Assembly: GCA_028282405.1 (NCBI GenBank)
Contig: JANQIA010000001.1
Coordinates: 5,672-69,671, forward strand
Reading direction: 5' to 3'
DNA length: 64,000 bases
DNA from: Rhodovibrionaceae bacterium
GTDB taxonomy: Bacteria > Pseudomonadota > Alphaproteobacteria > Kiloniellales > DSM-21159
Both the position numbers and the translations under genes were made by a program. The notes beneath the pieces are model-generated. The model was given only the letters and a program-made list of their open reading frames with translations, made no database searches and was not told where the DNA came from. Shown here one piece after another: positions 32,703-41,329 of this stretch (its first letter is position 1; every line of letters begins with the position of its first letter).

Positions 32703-33248
32703 GTGCTTTCGCCTAGAGTTGAGCCCACCATGCCAGGAGGCCGTCAGATCCTCGTGCGATCGCAGGATGCGCTGAGCGACGAAGAGCGCCGGCGCCACGA
32801 GCGCTACATGCAGATGGCCATCGACCTGCTGGACGGGTGCGCTCCCTTCAGTGCCGTGATCGTCGATCACGAGAGCGGCGAGGTACTCTGCCACGGTGTG
32901 AACCGTGGCCGGGAAAACCGCATCTATCACGGCGAGATCGACGCCATGATCAACTGCCGCAACCAGCATCCGGACGTCGACTGGTCCAAGCTAACGCTCT
33001 ACTCGACGGCAGAACCCTGCCCAATATGCATGAGCGCGCTGATTTGGAATGGCATTCCCAGGCTGATCTACGGCACGTCGATCCAAACGCTCACCAGCTT
33101 CGGCGTCATTCAGATCGGTCTCGACACGGCGACGGTTGCCGACGCGGCGCCGTTCTACAGCGGCGAGATCATCGGCGGCATTCTGCACGAGCGCACCGAC
33201 GAGATGCTCAAGACTTGGTGGGACGCCCGCATGTCGGGGCAGGGGTAG
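32703..33248 (+). CDS. CMP/dCMP-type zinc deaminase (nucleoside/nucleobase deaminase family)
   Basis: Zinc motifs HGEIDAM and PCPICMSAL (H-x-E ... PCxxC). An alternative ATG start lies at 32730. Confidence 0.8.
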   Translation: MLSPRVEPTMPGGRQILVRSQDALSDEERRRHERYMQMAIDLLDGCAPFSAVIVDHESGEVLCHGVNRGRENRIYHGEIDAMINCRNQHPDVDWSKLTLYSTAEPCPICMSALIWNGIPRLIYGTSIQTLTSFGVIQIGLDTATVADAAPFYSGEIIGGILHERTDEMLKTWWDARMSGQG

Positions 33249-33253
33249 GGTCG

Positions 33254-35026
33254 TCACAGCCCCGCGAAGGGCCAGAGGATCAACGCAGCACCGACGAGCA
33301 CGAGCCCAAATCTGAAGATTGGTTTGGACGTTCCGATGATGCCGTAGGACAGCGCCGTGAGACCGAGGCCGATCTTGGCAGCGGAGAGCAGCGCCGAGAG
33401 CGGTTCGCTCGAGAGCTCGATGACCGTCGGGTTGGAAATCATGCCGAGCGGGATGACGTAGAGCCCGACACCGAGCGCCATGGCATAGAGCGCCACCCGC
33501 AGCCAGTTCTCGCCCACCATCCCGGCGGCGATGAAGACCGCGCCGCAGACCGGCGGGGTGATGGTGCTGAGCAGCGCGAACCAGAAGACGAAGAGGTGCG
33601 CCTGCAGCGGGTCGAGCCCGAGCGAGATTAGCGCCGGCCCGGCCACCGAGACGCAGATCACGTAGGCCGCCGTCGTCGGCACCTCCATACCGAGAATGAG
33701 GCAGGCGAACGCCGTCAGCAGCAAGGACGGCCAGAGCAATCCCCCGGAGCCAGAGAGGATCAGCGAAGTGATTTTCACCCCCAGTCCGGTGATCGAGAGC
33801 ACGCCGATCACGAGAGAGGCGCAGAGGATGATCGAGGCGATCATTGCGATCTGGCGGCCGGAGGTCAGGAAGGCCTGCTCGAAGCGCAAAAGAGTGCGCC
33901 GCGCATCGAAGCTGAACCTTGCGTCGACAAAGAGCATGACGGCCCCGGTTAGGATCGCCAGCGCGGCAGAGTATTGCGGGGTCAGGGCCGCGCCGAACAT
34001 GCCCCACATCAAGACCGAGAAGGGCACCAGGAAGAAGGCCGAGGTGATGGCGACCGCGCGCCCGCCTGGCCGGTCCTTGGGGTCGACCGGGGGCAGATGG
34101 TGGCGATCTGCGAAGGCGTTGATGCCGACCCAGACCGCGAGAAAGTAGAGGATGGCCGGCAAGAGGGCGGCGGCCATGATCTCGACGTAGGGAACGCCGG
34201 TCAGCTCGACCATGACGAAGGCGCCGGCGCCCATCAGTGGCGGCATGATCTGCCCGCCGGAGGAGGCCACCGCCTCGACGGCGCCGGCCATCCGCTTGGG
34301 ATAGCCCAGCCGGGTCATGGCCGGCAGGGTGATTGCCCCGGTGGAAGCCACGTTGGCCGAGGCCGAGCCGGAGATCGATCCGAAAAAGGCGGAGGACAGG
34401 ACCGAGACCTTGGCCGCCCCGCCCTTGAGACGCCCGGCCGCCGCCATGGCGATGTTCATGAAGCCCTGGCCCGCTTCGCCGGCATTAAGCACCGCACCGA
34501 AGATCACGAAGACCGCGACGACATTGACCGAAACCCCGGTGAGGCTGCCCCAGAGCCCGCCCTCGGCGATCGTCAGTGTCCCGAGGAAGGAGGCAAGCGG
34601 CGTGCCGGAATGCCCGAACTCGCCGGGGATGTGCTGGCCCCAAAGCGCATAGGCCAGCGCCAGGGCCGCGATCAGGGGCAGGGGCCAACCGATGGCCCGG
34701 CGCGCAGCCTCCAGCACGACGAGGATCAGAACGATCGCTAGGCCGAGCTGAAAGTCGCCTTCGAGAAAGCCGTACTGGTCGCCCAGCGCATCGTGGTTCC
34801 AGGCGATCCAGCCGCAAGCGGCGACGCCGATCGCCGTCAGGGCCCATCCCGTGGCAAGCGCCGCCCGGCTCTCGGCGGCATAGATCAGCACCCAGGGCAG
34901 GGCCAGGGCGAGATGGATCGGCCGGGCGACCAGGTTCGGAACCAGTCCCGAAAAGATCAGGCCAAGGTGAAAGACGATGGAGGCGAGGCCGAGCGCCGCC
35001 CAGAGATAACGCGCCATGCAGTGCAA
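33254..35026 (-). CDS. TRAP transporter fused permease subunit (TAXI-associated)
   Basis: 590-aa highly polytopic ORF directly downstream of a TAXI-type receptor gene. Confidence 0.8.
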   Translation of the reverse strand: MHCMARYLWAALGLASIVFHLGLIFSGLVPNLVARPIHLALALPWVLIYAAESRAALATGWALTAIGVAACGWIAWNHDALGDQYGFLEGDFQLGLAIVLILVVLEAARRAIGWPLPLIAALALAYALWGQHIPGEFGHSGTPLASFLGTLTIAEGGLWGSLTGVSVNVVAVFVIFGAVLNAGEAGQGFMNIAMAAAGRLKGGAAKVSVLSSAFFGSISGSASANVASTGAITLPAMTRLGYPKRMAGAVEAVASSGGQIMPPLMGAGAFVMVELTGVPYVEIMAAALLPAILYFLAVWVGINAFADRHHLPPVDPKDRPGGRAVAITSAFFLVPFSVLMWGMFGAALTPQYSAALAILTGAVMLFVDARFSFDARRTLLRFEQAFLTSGRQIAMIASIILCASLVIGVLSITGLGVKITSLILSGSGGLLWPSLLLTAFACLILGMEVPTTAAYVICVSVAGPALISLGLDPLQAHLFVFWFALLSTITPPVCGAVFIAAGMVGENWLRVALYAMALGVGLYVIPLGMISNPTVIELSSEPLSALLSAAKIGLGLTALSYGIIGTSKPIFRFGLVLVGAALILWPFAGL

Positions 35027-35061
35027 TCAGATGTTGGGCAGACGCGCTTGGCCCCCGCCAA

Positions 35062-36021
35062 TCACATTTGCGCGTCGGTTAGCGGAAAGCCGGCTTCCTT
35101 GTAGTAGCGGAGCGCGCCCGGGTGAATTTGTCCGGTGATGTTCTCCATCAGGCCTTCGTTCACTCCGTTCCACCAGGCCGCGCCTTCGCCCATGGCGGCC
35201 TTCTGCTCCCAGAAGGTCTTCGTGAGCTGATAGGCGGTGTCGTCGTCCATCGCGGTGGTCGTATAGGCGACCACGGGCAGAGATGTCGTGGTGATCGGCG
35301 CGTCCTGACCCGTGTAGGTGCCCGCCGGGATGACCAGCTTGGTCCGCTTGGTTTTGGCGATCTGATCGTCGTTGAGCGACAGGACGGTGACCCCGGTCGA
35401 GGCCGCCGCCTCGATGACGTTGGGTGCGGGGAACGACCCGGCGGTGACGAAACCGTCGATCTGCCCGTTCTTCAAGGCTGGCACAGCGTTGGAGAGCTCC
35501 ACGTCGGCGAGCTCAACCTTGCCCTCAAGCCCGAAGAGACCGAGGTACTTCTCGCCCTCGCGCGCGCCGAAGGAGCCCTTGCCGAGCAAGATCTTCTTGC
35601 CCTCGAGATCCGCAAATTCGCTCACGCCGCTGTCCGCGCGCACCACGAAGTGCATCGTCAGCGAGGGAATCGGGAAGAGGGCGCGGATCTCGTCGAACTT
35701 GGGGTCCCCCTTGCCCTCGAACATCGCCTTTCCGCCCTGGGCCAGCCGGACCAGCACGGGGGGCGTGGTGAAGACATAGTCACCGCCGCGGGCGCGCACC
35801 TCCATCACGTTCTGCACGGAGCCCTGGCTTTCTTCCACGGTGACGATAATGTCGCCATCCGTCCCGGCCTTGATCGCTTCGGCGATCTGGACGGCCATCT
35901 GATAGTAGGAAGACGCGGTTTTCGCCGATTTGTAAGTCACCTTGGTCTCGGCAAGGGCCGGCCCCAAGGCCAAGGCCGCGGTGAACGTCCCGATGGCCAG
36001 CGCACGCACAAAGCTGTTCAT
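35062..36021 (-). CDS. TAXI-family TRAP transporter solute receptor
   Basis: I place the start at ATG 36021 (MNSFVRALAIGTFTAALALGPALA signal). Body contains SSYYQMAVQIAEAI...FTTPPVLV...AGTYTGQD...YYKEAG, typical of TAXI receptors. Confidence 0.8.
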   Translation of the reverse strand: MNSFVRALAIGTFTAALALGPALAETKVTYKSAKTASSYYQMAVQIAEAIKAGTDGDIIVTVEESQGSVQNVMEVRARGGDYVFTTPPVLVRLAQGGKAMFEGKGDPKFDEIRALFPIPSLTMHFVVRADSGVSEFADLEGKKILLGKGSFGAREGEKYLGLFGLEGKVELADVELSNAVPALKNGQIDGFVTAGSFPAPNVIEAAASTGVTVLSLNDDQIAKTKRTKLVIPAGTYTGQDAPITTTSLPVVAYTTTAMDDDTAYQLTKTFWEQKAAMGEGAAWWNGVNEGLMENITGQIHPGALRYYKEAGFPLTDAQM

Positions 36022-36219
36022 TCTCGTCTCCCTCGCACCTGCCTGGTGCTCTGTTGGATCCCTCCGGCAACGCATCGCGTCACACCGCGGCAACCTATCC
36101 ACTGATCGACAGCCCGGCAACGCCTCGAAGAGAATGAGCGCGGTGGCTCAGCAGGCTTTGACGCCTGCGTCGAAGTCTGGATCGATGCCGACGCTCTATA
36201 GCCTGAGGAGGCGCGTCCT

Positions 36220-36945
36220 ATGCGTGATGCCGTGCCGGTCGAGTTCGACCAAGCCGACGTCGAGATCATCGCCTACGTCATGGAGAAAAAGCTGACCAAG
36301 ACCTCGATCGAACGAGTGGTGGCGACCATCAATGCCTGCAAGCACGCTGTCACCGCGCAGATCGAGGGAGATTTCGTCGAGTGCGGTGTCTGGCGTGGCG
36401 GCAACGCAATTGTGGCGAAAAAGACCCTTGAGCGGCTCGGCTCCGACAAGAAGGTCTATCTGTTCGATACCTTCACCGGCATGACGGCGCCGGGAGATCA
36501 TGACAAGACGGTCTACAATCCCAAGTCGGCCGACGAGCGCTATCAAGAGGCAGGCCGGGACGGCTATCGGGATTGGAACTACGCCTCGCTCGAAGACGTC
36601 AAAGCCAACTTCGCAAACGCCGGTGTCGACGGGAGCGGGCTGCGATACATCGAAGGGGATGTGCTGCAGACCTTGGCGGTCGAAGAGAACCTGCCCGAGC
36701 GCATCTCCGTCCTGCGGCTGGATACGGATTGGTACGAGTCCACCAAGGCCGAGCTTGAGCGGCTCTATCCTCGGCTGAGCCTTGGCGGAAGCATCCTGAT
36801 CGACGACTACGGCCACTGGGAGGGGGCCAGAAAGGCCGTCGACGAGTACTTCTCCAAGATGGACGCCAAGCAGCGTCCCCTCCTGCACTTCACCGACTAC
36901 ACCGGCCGCATGGGCGTTAAGTGCTGGTCGACTGATGATCGGTAA
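36220..36945 (+). CDS. TylF/MycF-family class I SAM-dependent O-methyltransferase
   Basis: GDFVECGVWRGGNAIV, LFDTFTGMT, VLRLDTDWYESTKAELERLYPRLSLGGSILIDDYGHWEGARKAVDEYF. Confidence 0.8.
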   Translation: MRDAVPVEFDQADVEIIAYVMEKKLTKTSIERVVATINACKHAVTAQIEGDFVECGVWRGGNAIVAKKTLERLGSDKKVYLFDTFTGMTAPGDHDKTVYNPKSADERYQEAGRDGYRDWNYASLEDVKANFANAGVDGSGLRYIEGDVLQTLAVEENLPERISVLRLDTDWYESTKAELERLYPRLSLGGSILIDDYGHWEGARKAVDEYFSKMDAKQRPLLHFTDYTGRMGVKCWSTDDR

Positions 36946-36954
36946 AAGCAGAGC

Positions 36955-38196
36955 ATGCGCATTATCCTGCATATCGGCATGCACAAGACCGGCAGCTCCT
37001 CGCTGCAGGGGGCGCTCAAGGGCTATGACGACGGGACGACCGTCTATGCGACTCTGCGGGCGGTCAATCACTCCATCCCCTTCTTCTCCGCCTTCAGCTC
37101 CGACTACCTGACCTACCGGGTCTTCAAGCGGCAGGGCCTGTCGCCCGCCGAGATCGAGGCGCTACGGGTACGGGATCGCTCGGATATCGAGACGATGCTG
37201 ACGACCACGAAGCGCGAGCGGGTGATCTTCTCCGGCGAGGACATCTCGCTGCTGAGCGATGCGGACAAGCAGGCGATGTTGAGCGCCCTGCAACAGTATG
37301 CGGAGGGCATCCTGGTGGTCGGCTACTTTCGCGACCCGATCGGCTTTGCCCGCAGCGCCCTGCAGCAGGACCTTCAGGGCGGTCTGTCAGGTCCTAAGCT
37401 GGTGCAAAGGCCGAAGTATCGCCGCCGCTTCGAGACCTTCATGCGCGTTTTGGGACCGGACCATGTCGTCCTGCGGCCGTTCCGGCGCGACGCGCTCGCC
37501 GGCGGCGATGTGGTCGACGACTTTGTCGCGACCTGCGACCTCGACCCGGCAAGGGTGGCTCAACAGCGGCAGAACGAAGGCCTCTCGTTGCAGGCGCAGC
37601 AGTGCATCTTCGCCCTCAACCGAAGCAATCCGCTGACCAGCGGCGATGCCGAGACCTTTCGCGCGCGGCAGCGTTTCGTCAGGGTGGTCGATAGCCTGTT
37701 CGACGGGCCGGAGCAGGTGCCGGCGGACTATCTCTCCGACTGTATCGATCTAGAGGATGTGGCCTGGATCGAGTCCGCAACGGGCGTCGACTTCTCGACG
37801 GAACTGGCCGGCATCGCGCCGAAATCCGCACACCTGGCTGACTTCCTGTCGGAGGCCGAACCGGACACGCTCGCGTCGCTCGCCTCGCTCTTGAAGCGAA
37901 ACGCTGTGTCCGGCAGCTACAACGAAAGCTTGGAGGGGCTCGTCAACAGAGTCTACTATCTCTGTCTGTCTCATCACTATAATCCGGCGAGCCGGACCTT
38001 CCTGGACATGCGTGTCACGGGCGCCGATGCGGAGGCCCTGCAAGCCATTGCCCTGAAGCACGAGAGCGGCGAGCCGCTGGACGGGAAAGACGCGCTCTAT
38101 CTCATGGGATTGGCCAGGAAAGGCAATCCCTGGAGCCGGCTTGTGCGCGACAAAATCAAGGCCTGGCGGCAGGGCGGCGGAGAGGGGTCAGGCTAG
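36955..38196 (+). CDS. sulfotransferase-like P-loop protein (hypothetical)
   Basis: 413 aa. 5'-PSB-like loop HIGMHKTGSSSLQ at the N-terminus and 3'-PB-like YFRDPIGFARSALQ. The remainder is unassigned. Confidence 0.45.
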   Translation: MRIILHIGMHKTGSSSLQGALKGYDDGTTVYATLRAVNHSIPFFSAFSSDYLTYRVFKRQGLSPAEIEALRVRDRSDIETMLTTTKRERVIFSGEDISLLSDADKQAMLSALQQYAEGILVVGYFRDPIGFARSALQQDLQGGLSGPKLVQRPKYRRRFETFMRVLGPDHVVLRPFRRDALAGGDVVDDFVATCDLDPARVAQQRQNEGLSLQAQQCIFALNRSNPLTSGDAETFRARQRFVRVVDSLFDGPEQVPADYLSDCIDLEDVAWIESATGVDFSTELAGIAPKSAHLADFLSEAEPDTLASLASLLKRNAVSGSYNESLEGLVNRVYYLCLSHHYNPASRTFLDMRVTGADAEALQAIALKHESGEPLDGKDALYLMGLARKGNPWSRLVRDKIKAWRQGGGEGSG

Positions 38197-38197
38197 A

Positions 38198-39352
38198 TTA
38201 GTCCAGCCGCTCCAACAGTTTGACCCACATCTTCGTCCGCGGCACGAGCGATGAGACAAGAATGTACTCATCGAGGGTGTGAGCGCCCGCGCCGTCGGCG
38301 CCCATGCCGTCGAGGGTGGGGATGCCCATCGCGCCTGAGAAGTTCCCATCGGAGCCGCCGCCGGTGAGAGAGGTGTATTGCAGGTCAAGGCCGTGTTCGA
38401 GGCAGGCCTCGCGCGCGAACTCAAAGAGCGTTCTTCCGCCCTCGGACATTTGATAGGGCGGGCGGTTCATGCCTCCGCTGATCTCGAGCGTGACGTCGGG
38501 GTCGTACGAGGTCCGATTAAGGATCTTCTGGCAAAACTCCTCGCCATCCTCCGCCGTGATCACACGGAGGTCGATTTGAGCTTCGCATTCGCGCGGCACC
38601 ACGTTGGTCCCGGTCCCCCCTTTGATGGTCCCCACGTTACAGGTGACGCCCCGTTCGTAGTCCGTCATCGCCTCGATCTCCAAGACGTGGCGGGCGATCT
38701 CCTTGATCGCGCTGCGCCCATTGGCATGGCTTGCCCCGGCATGCGCGGGTCGGCCTGTCGCGCGGAGGGTGAAGAAAGCCGCGCCTTTCCGTGCCACGAC
38801 GACCCTGCCGCCATCGCGCGCAGGTTCTCCAACCAGCACGTACTTCGCTTTGGCGGCTTCCGCCTCGATGTACTTGCGGGTGAAGGGGCTTCCCACTTCC
38901 TCTTCCGGAATGAACATGAAGGTGACCGGAAGATTCGGCTGGCGGTCGAGCCGCCGAAGATGGCGATAGGCGTATAGGCCCATGAAGGTGCCGGCCTTCA
39001 TGTCGTAGATGCCGGGCCCGTAAAGCCGGTCGCCCTCTCGCCGAAGCGGGTTGTCGCCCTCCTTCGTGCCGATGGGATGAACGGTGTCGATATGGCCTAG
39101 AACCAGAATACCGGGCCCATCTGCATCGTTGTCTCCGCTGCGAGCGATGACCAGGTCAGCCCAACCCTCCTCGCCAGGGATGCGTTCGACCGAAAGCTCG
39201 ACCTCCTCGCACTCGGACACGACCCTATCGGCCATACGGTTCACGGCCTCTCGGTCGTCGCTCGGGCTCTCGATCGCAACCCATTCGCTAATGCCATCGA
39301 CCAGCTCTTCGGCATCGATTTGCGGCTCGTTGGGAAGACTGTCCGGCGGCAT
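38198..39352 (-). CDS. M20/M25/M40 family metallopeptidase (carboxypeptidase G2 / ArgE-DapE-like)
   Basis: 384 aa. ILVLGHIDTVHP, YGPGIYDMKAG, FMFIPEEEVGS and HTLDEYI blocks are typical of M20 dinuclear hydrolases. Confidence 0.85.
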   Translation of the reverse strand: MPPDSLPNEPQIDAEELVDGISEWVAIESPSDDREAVNRMADRVVSECEEVELSVERIPGEEGWADLVIARSGDNDADGPGILVLGHIDTVHPIGTKEGDNPLRREGDRLYGPGIYDMKAGTFMGLYAYRHLRRLDRQPNLPVTFMFIPEEEVGSPFTRKYIEAEAAKAKYVLVGEPARDGGRVVVARKGAAFFTLRATGRPAHAGASHANGRSAIKEIARHVLEIEAMTDYERGVTCNVGTIKGGTGTNVVPRECEAQIDLRVITAEDGEEFCQKILNRTSYDPDVTLEISGGMNRPPYQMSEGGRTLFEFAREACLEHGLDLQYTSLTGGGSDGNFSGAMGIPTLDGMGADGAGAHTLDEYILVSSLVPRTKMWVKLLERLD

Positions 39353-39614
39353 TGCGTGCTCCTTCTCGTTACATCTGAGTGGACAGGGTCAATCGGGCAG
39401 AGGCCTGCGCGGCCATGTTCTCAAGAGTCATAGCCTCCGACAAACGCAGAGCAGTTGACCCTGACCCTGGCTTGACATCGGCCGGTTGGCCCTTTGGCGA
39501 AAGGGCCGAGCGTCCACGTATGCCCAAGACCGGTATCTCAGGAGTCTGGAGTTGCCGACCGGGCCGGGTCGTCTGCTCATGCCCCGGACCGGCCAAGCCG
39601 ACATCGAGCGGGCA

Positions 39615-39640
39615 CTAAAAAAACCGCCTCGGCGGTCGCT
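39615..39640 (-). terminator. rho-independent terminator of the DUF2794 gene
   Basis: Minus strand reads ACCGC-cgag-GCGGT followed by seven U, beginning a few nt after the stop at 39641. Confidence 0.5.
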
Positions 39641-39994
39641 TCAGGAGACGGGGTGGAGCTTCTTTTCCACCACCTTGAGCGCCTCACCCAGATTCTGCGC
39701 CCGGGCGAGGCGCTGGAGCCCGCTGAATACGAGATACTCCGTGGACTTGTTCCCGCCCGTGCCGGACCGCTTGGCGATGGAGTAAAGCGGTGGCCGCTCG
39801 TGGGTATGACGGAAGACGGAAAAGACGGCGGCATCGGAGTGATGGTCGATGGCGTAGTCCTTCCAATCGCCGGAGGCGACGCGCTGACTGTACATGGAAA
39901 GGAGCGAATTGAGCTCCGCTCGGCTGAAAAAGGTCGGCTTCCCCTTACGACGCTTCGACCGACGATACGTCTCGAACCAAAGCAGGTCGGCCAT
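39641..39994 (-). CDS. DUF2794 domain-containing protein (conserved alphaproteobacterial)
   Basis: 117 aa. FFSRAELNSLLSMYSQRVASGDWKDYAIDH matches my memory of the DUF2794 core. Confidence 0.7.
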   Translation of the reverse strand: MADLLWFETYRRSKRRKGKPTFFSRAELNSLLSMYSQRVASGDWKDYAIDHHSDAAVFSVFRHTHERPPLYSIAKRSGTGGNKSTEYLVFSGLQRLARAQNLGEALKVVEKKLHPVS

Positions 39995-40131
39995 ATGCCC
40001 TCCGCGACAGTCGAAATATTGTTATCGTTTGATGAAAGCCTAACCGATTTGGCGACCCGGGCCAATCGGAAAGCGTGCCGAGGGGGAGGGCGCAGGACAG
40101 CAACAGAAGCTGATGTATTGCAGAAGAATTG

Positions 40132-40458
40132 TCAGTTAATCATTTGAGAAGACGATGCTTTCGGGTCTTCCTGCAGATAGCAGTCGATGCCGCCGAGGGT
40201 GCGGTAGCAATAGGTCTGCTGAGTGACTGACGCGTCCCCCGCACCCTTGTTCTCATCGTGGCAGTACTCCCCACCGTCCTGCGTGTGGAGGATCGAACAG
40301 TCCTCCCCAGACACGTAGCTGACGACGTGGTCCGTCATGGTCTTGTCGGTCTGCACGAAGGTCGCAATGCTGGCGCTCGCCAACATCGCTTCCGTCATGG
40401 TGCAGCCGCTCAGCAGCAAGGCGCTGAGGGCTATCCCGGCCATGGACTTGCCAAACAT
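40132..40458 (-). CDS. small lipoprotein, function unknown
   Basis: I place the start at ATG 40458. MFGKSMAGIALSALLLSGC has a lipobox (LSGC). Four further Cys residues. Confidence 0.6.
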   Translation of the reverse strand: MFGKSMAGIALSALLLSGCTMTEAMLASASIATFVQTDKTMTDHVVSYVSGEDCSILHTQDGGEYCHDENKGAGDASVTQQTYCYRTLGGIDCYLQEDPKASSSQMIN

Positions 40459-40567
40459 CTCTCTAACCCTTTGCGGAACAGTCCAAGAGCAGGATGATCG
40501 CGCAGGATTAACAAGGACCTGACGACCGCGGTTAACCTTTGCTTTCGCCTGAAGAGTCCGGCTTTGC

Positions 40568-41329
40568 TTGGCTTGCATGGCCTGCGCCGAGACCGTATCA
40601 CATCCGCAGCGTGGGGCATTTGCACGGCGACGGTCGGTCGCCAGCGCGTGGCAACAGAAGAGGCTTGGTTTGGCCGATATTTTCCGCGAGGTCGACGAGG
40701 AGATCCGGCAGCAGCGCTACCGTGAGCTCTGGCAGAAATATGGCGTCTACGTCATCGCTTTCGTCGTCGTCGTCATTCTCTCCGTCGCTGGTCACCAGAT
40801 CTGGCAGAGCCAGAGCCGGTCCGCGAAGGCCGAGTCGTCGGACCGCTACGTCGCCATGATGGAGACCCTGCAGAGCAACGAAGAGGCCGGCCTGGACGAG
40901 CTCTTCGCCTTCGCCGATCCGGGTGCCGACGGCTACGCCCTGCTGGCAGCCTTCGAGGAGGCGGCGGTCCGGGCACGGCGCAACGATCTGGAGGGGGCTT
41001 CGGAGATCTGGCGGCGCATCGCGTCGAATCCCTCGGCGGGGCCGGCGTTGCAGGGCGCAGCCGAGCTGATGGACATCGTCCACCAGGTCGATAGCGCTGA
41101 CCCCGATGCGCTGCAGACCCGGCTGTCCAGCCTGATGGCAAGCAACGCAGCCTACGCGCCCCTGGCGCAGGAGCTCTCCGCCCTCGTGGCCATCCGGAGC
41201 GGAGACAAGGAGCTCGCCATCGATCAGCTTCGTGAGCTAAGCGCCGATCTCTCGGCTCCGGAGAGCATTCGTTTGCGAGCCGGTCGCTTGCTCAACGTTC
41301 TGGAGGACCCGGAAAGCGGCGAATGGTAG
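40568..41329 (+). CDS. YfgM-like membrane-anchored TPR-like protein
   Basis: LADIFREVDEEIRQQRYRELWQKYGVYVIAFVVVVIL (N-terminal anchor), upstream of bamB and der as in many proteobacteria. The true start is possibly TTG 40670. Confidence 0.7.
   Translation: MACMACAETVSHPQRGAFARRRSVASAWQQKRLGLADIFREVDEEIRQQRYRELWQKYGVYVIAFVVVVILSVAGHQIWQSQSRSAKAESSDRYVAMMETLQSNEEAGLDELFAFADPGADGYALLAAFEEAAVRARRNDLEGASEIWRRIASNPSAGPALQGAAELMDIVHQVDSADPDALQTRLSSLMASNAAYAPLAQELSALVAIRSGDKELAIDQLRELSADLSAPESIRLRAGRLLNVLEDPESGEW

Noticed and set aside
39530-39560. CUGAGA box reminiscent of a TPP riboswitch (minus strand)
   Set aside because: None of the other conserved TPP elements is present (ACCC, GAACCUGAUCNGG, UAAUNCCAGCG), and the downstream gene is a peptidase.
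39555-39600. SRP (4.5S) RNA-like string GGUCCGGGGCAUGAGCAG on the minus strand
   Set aside because: It lacks the conserved domain IV sequence (GGUCC-GGAA-GGAAGCAGCC with GNAR tetraloop and symmetric loop), and no helix 8 can be formed.
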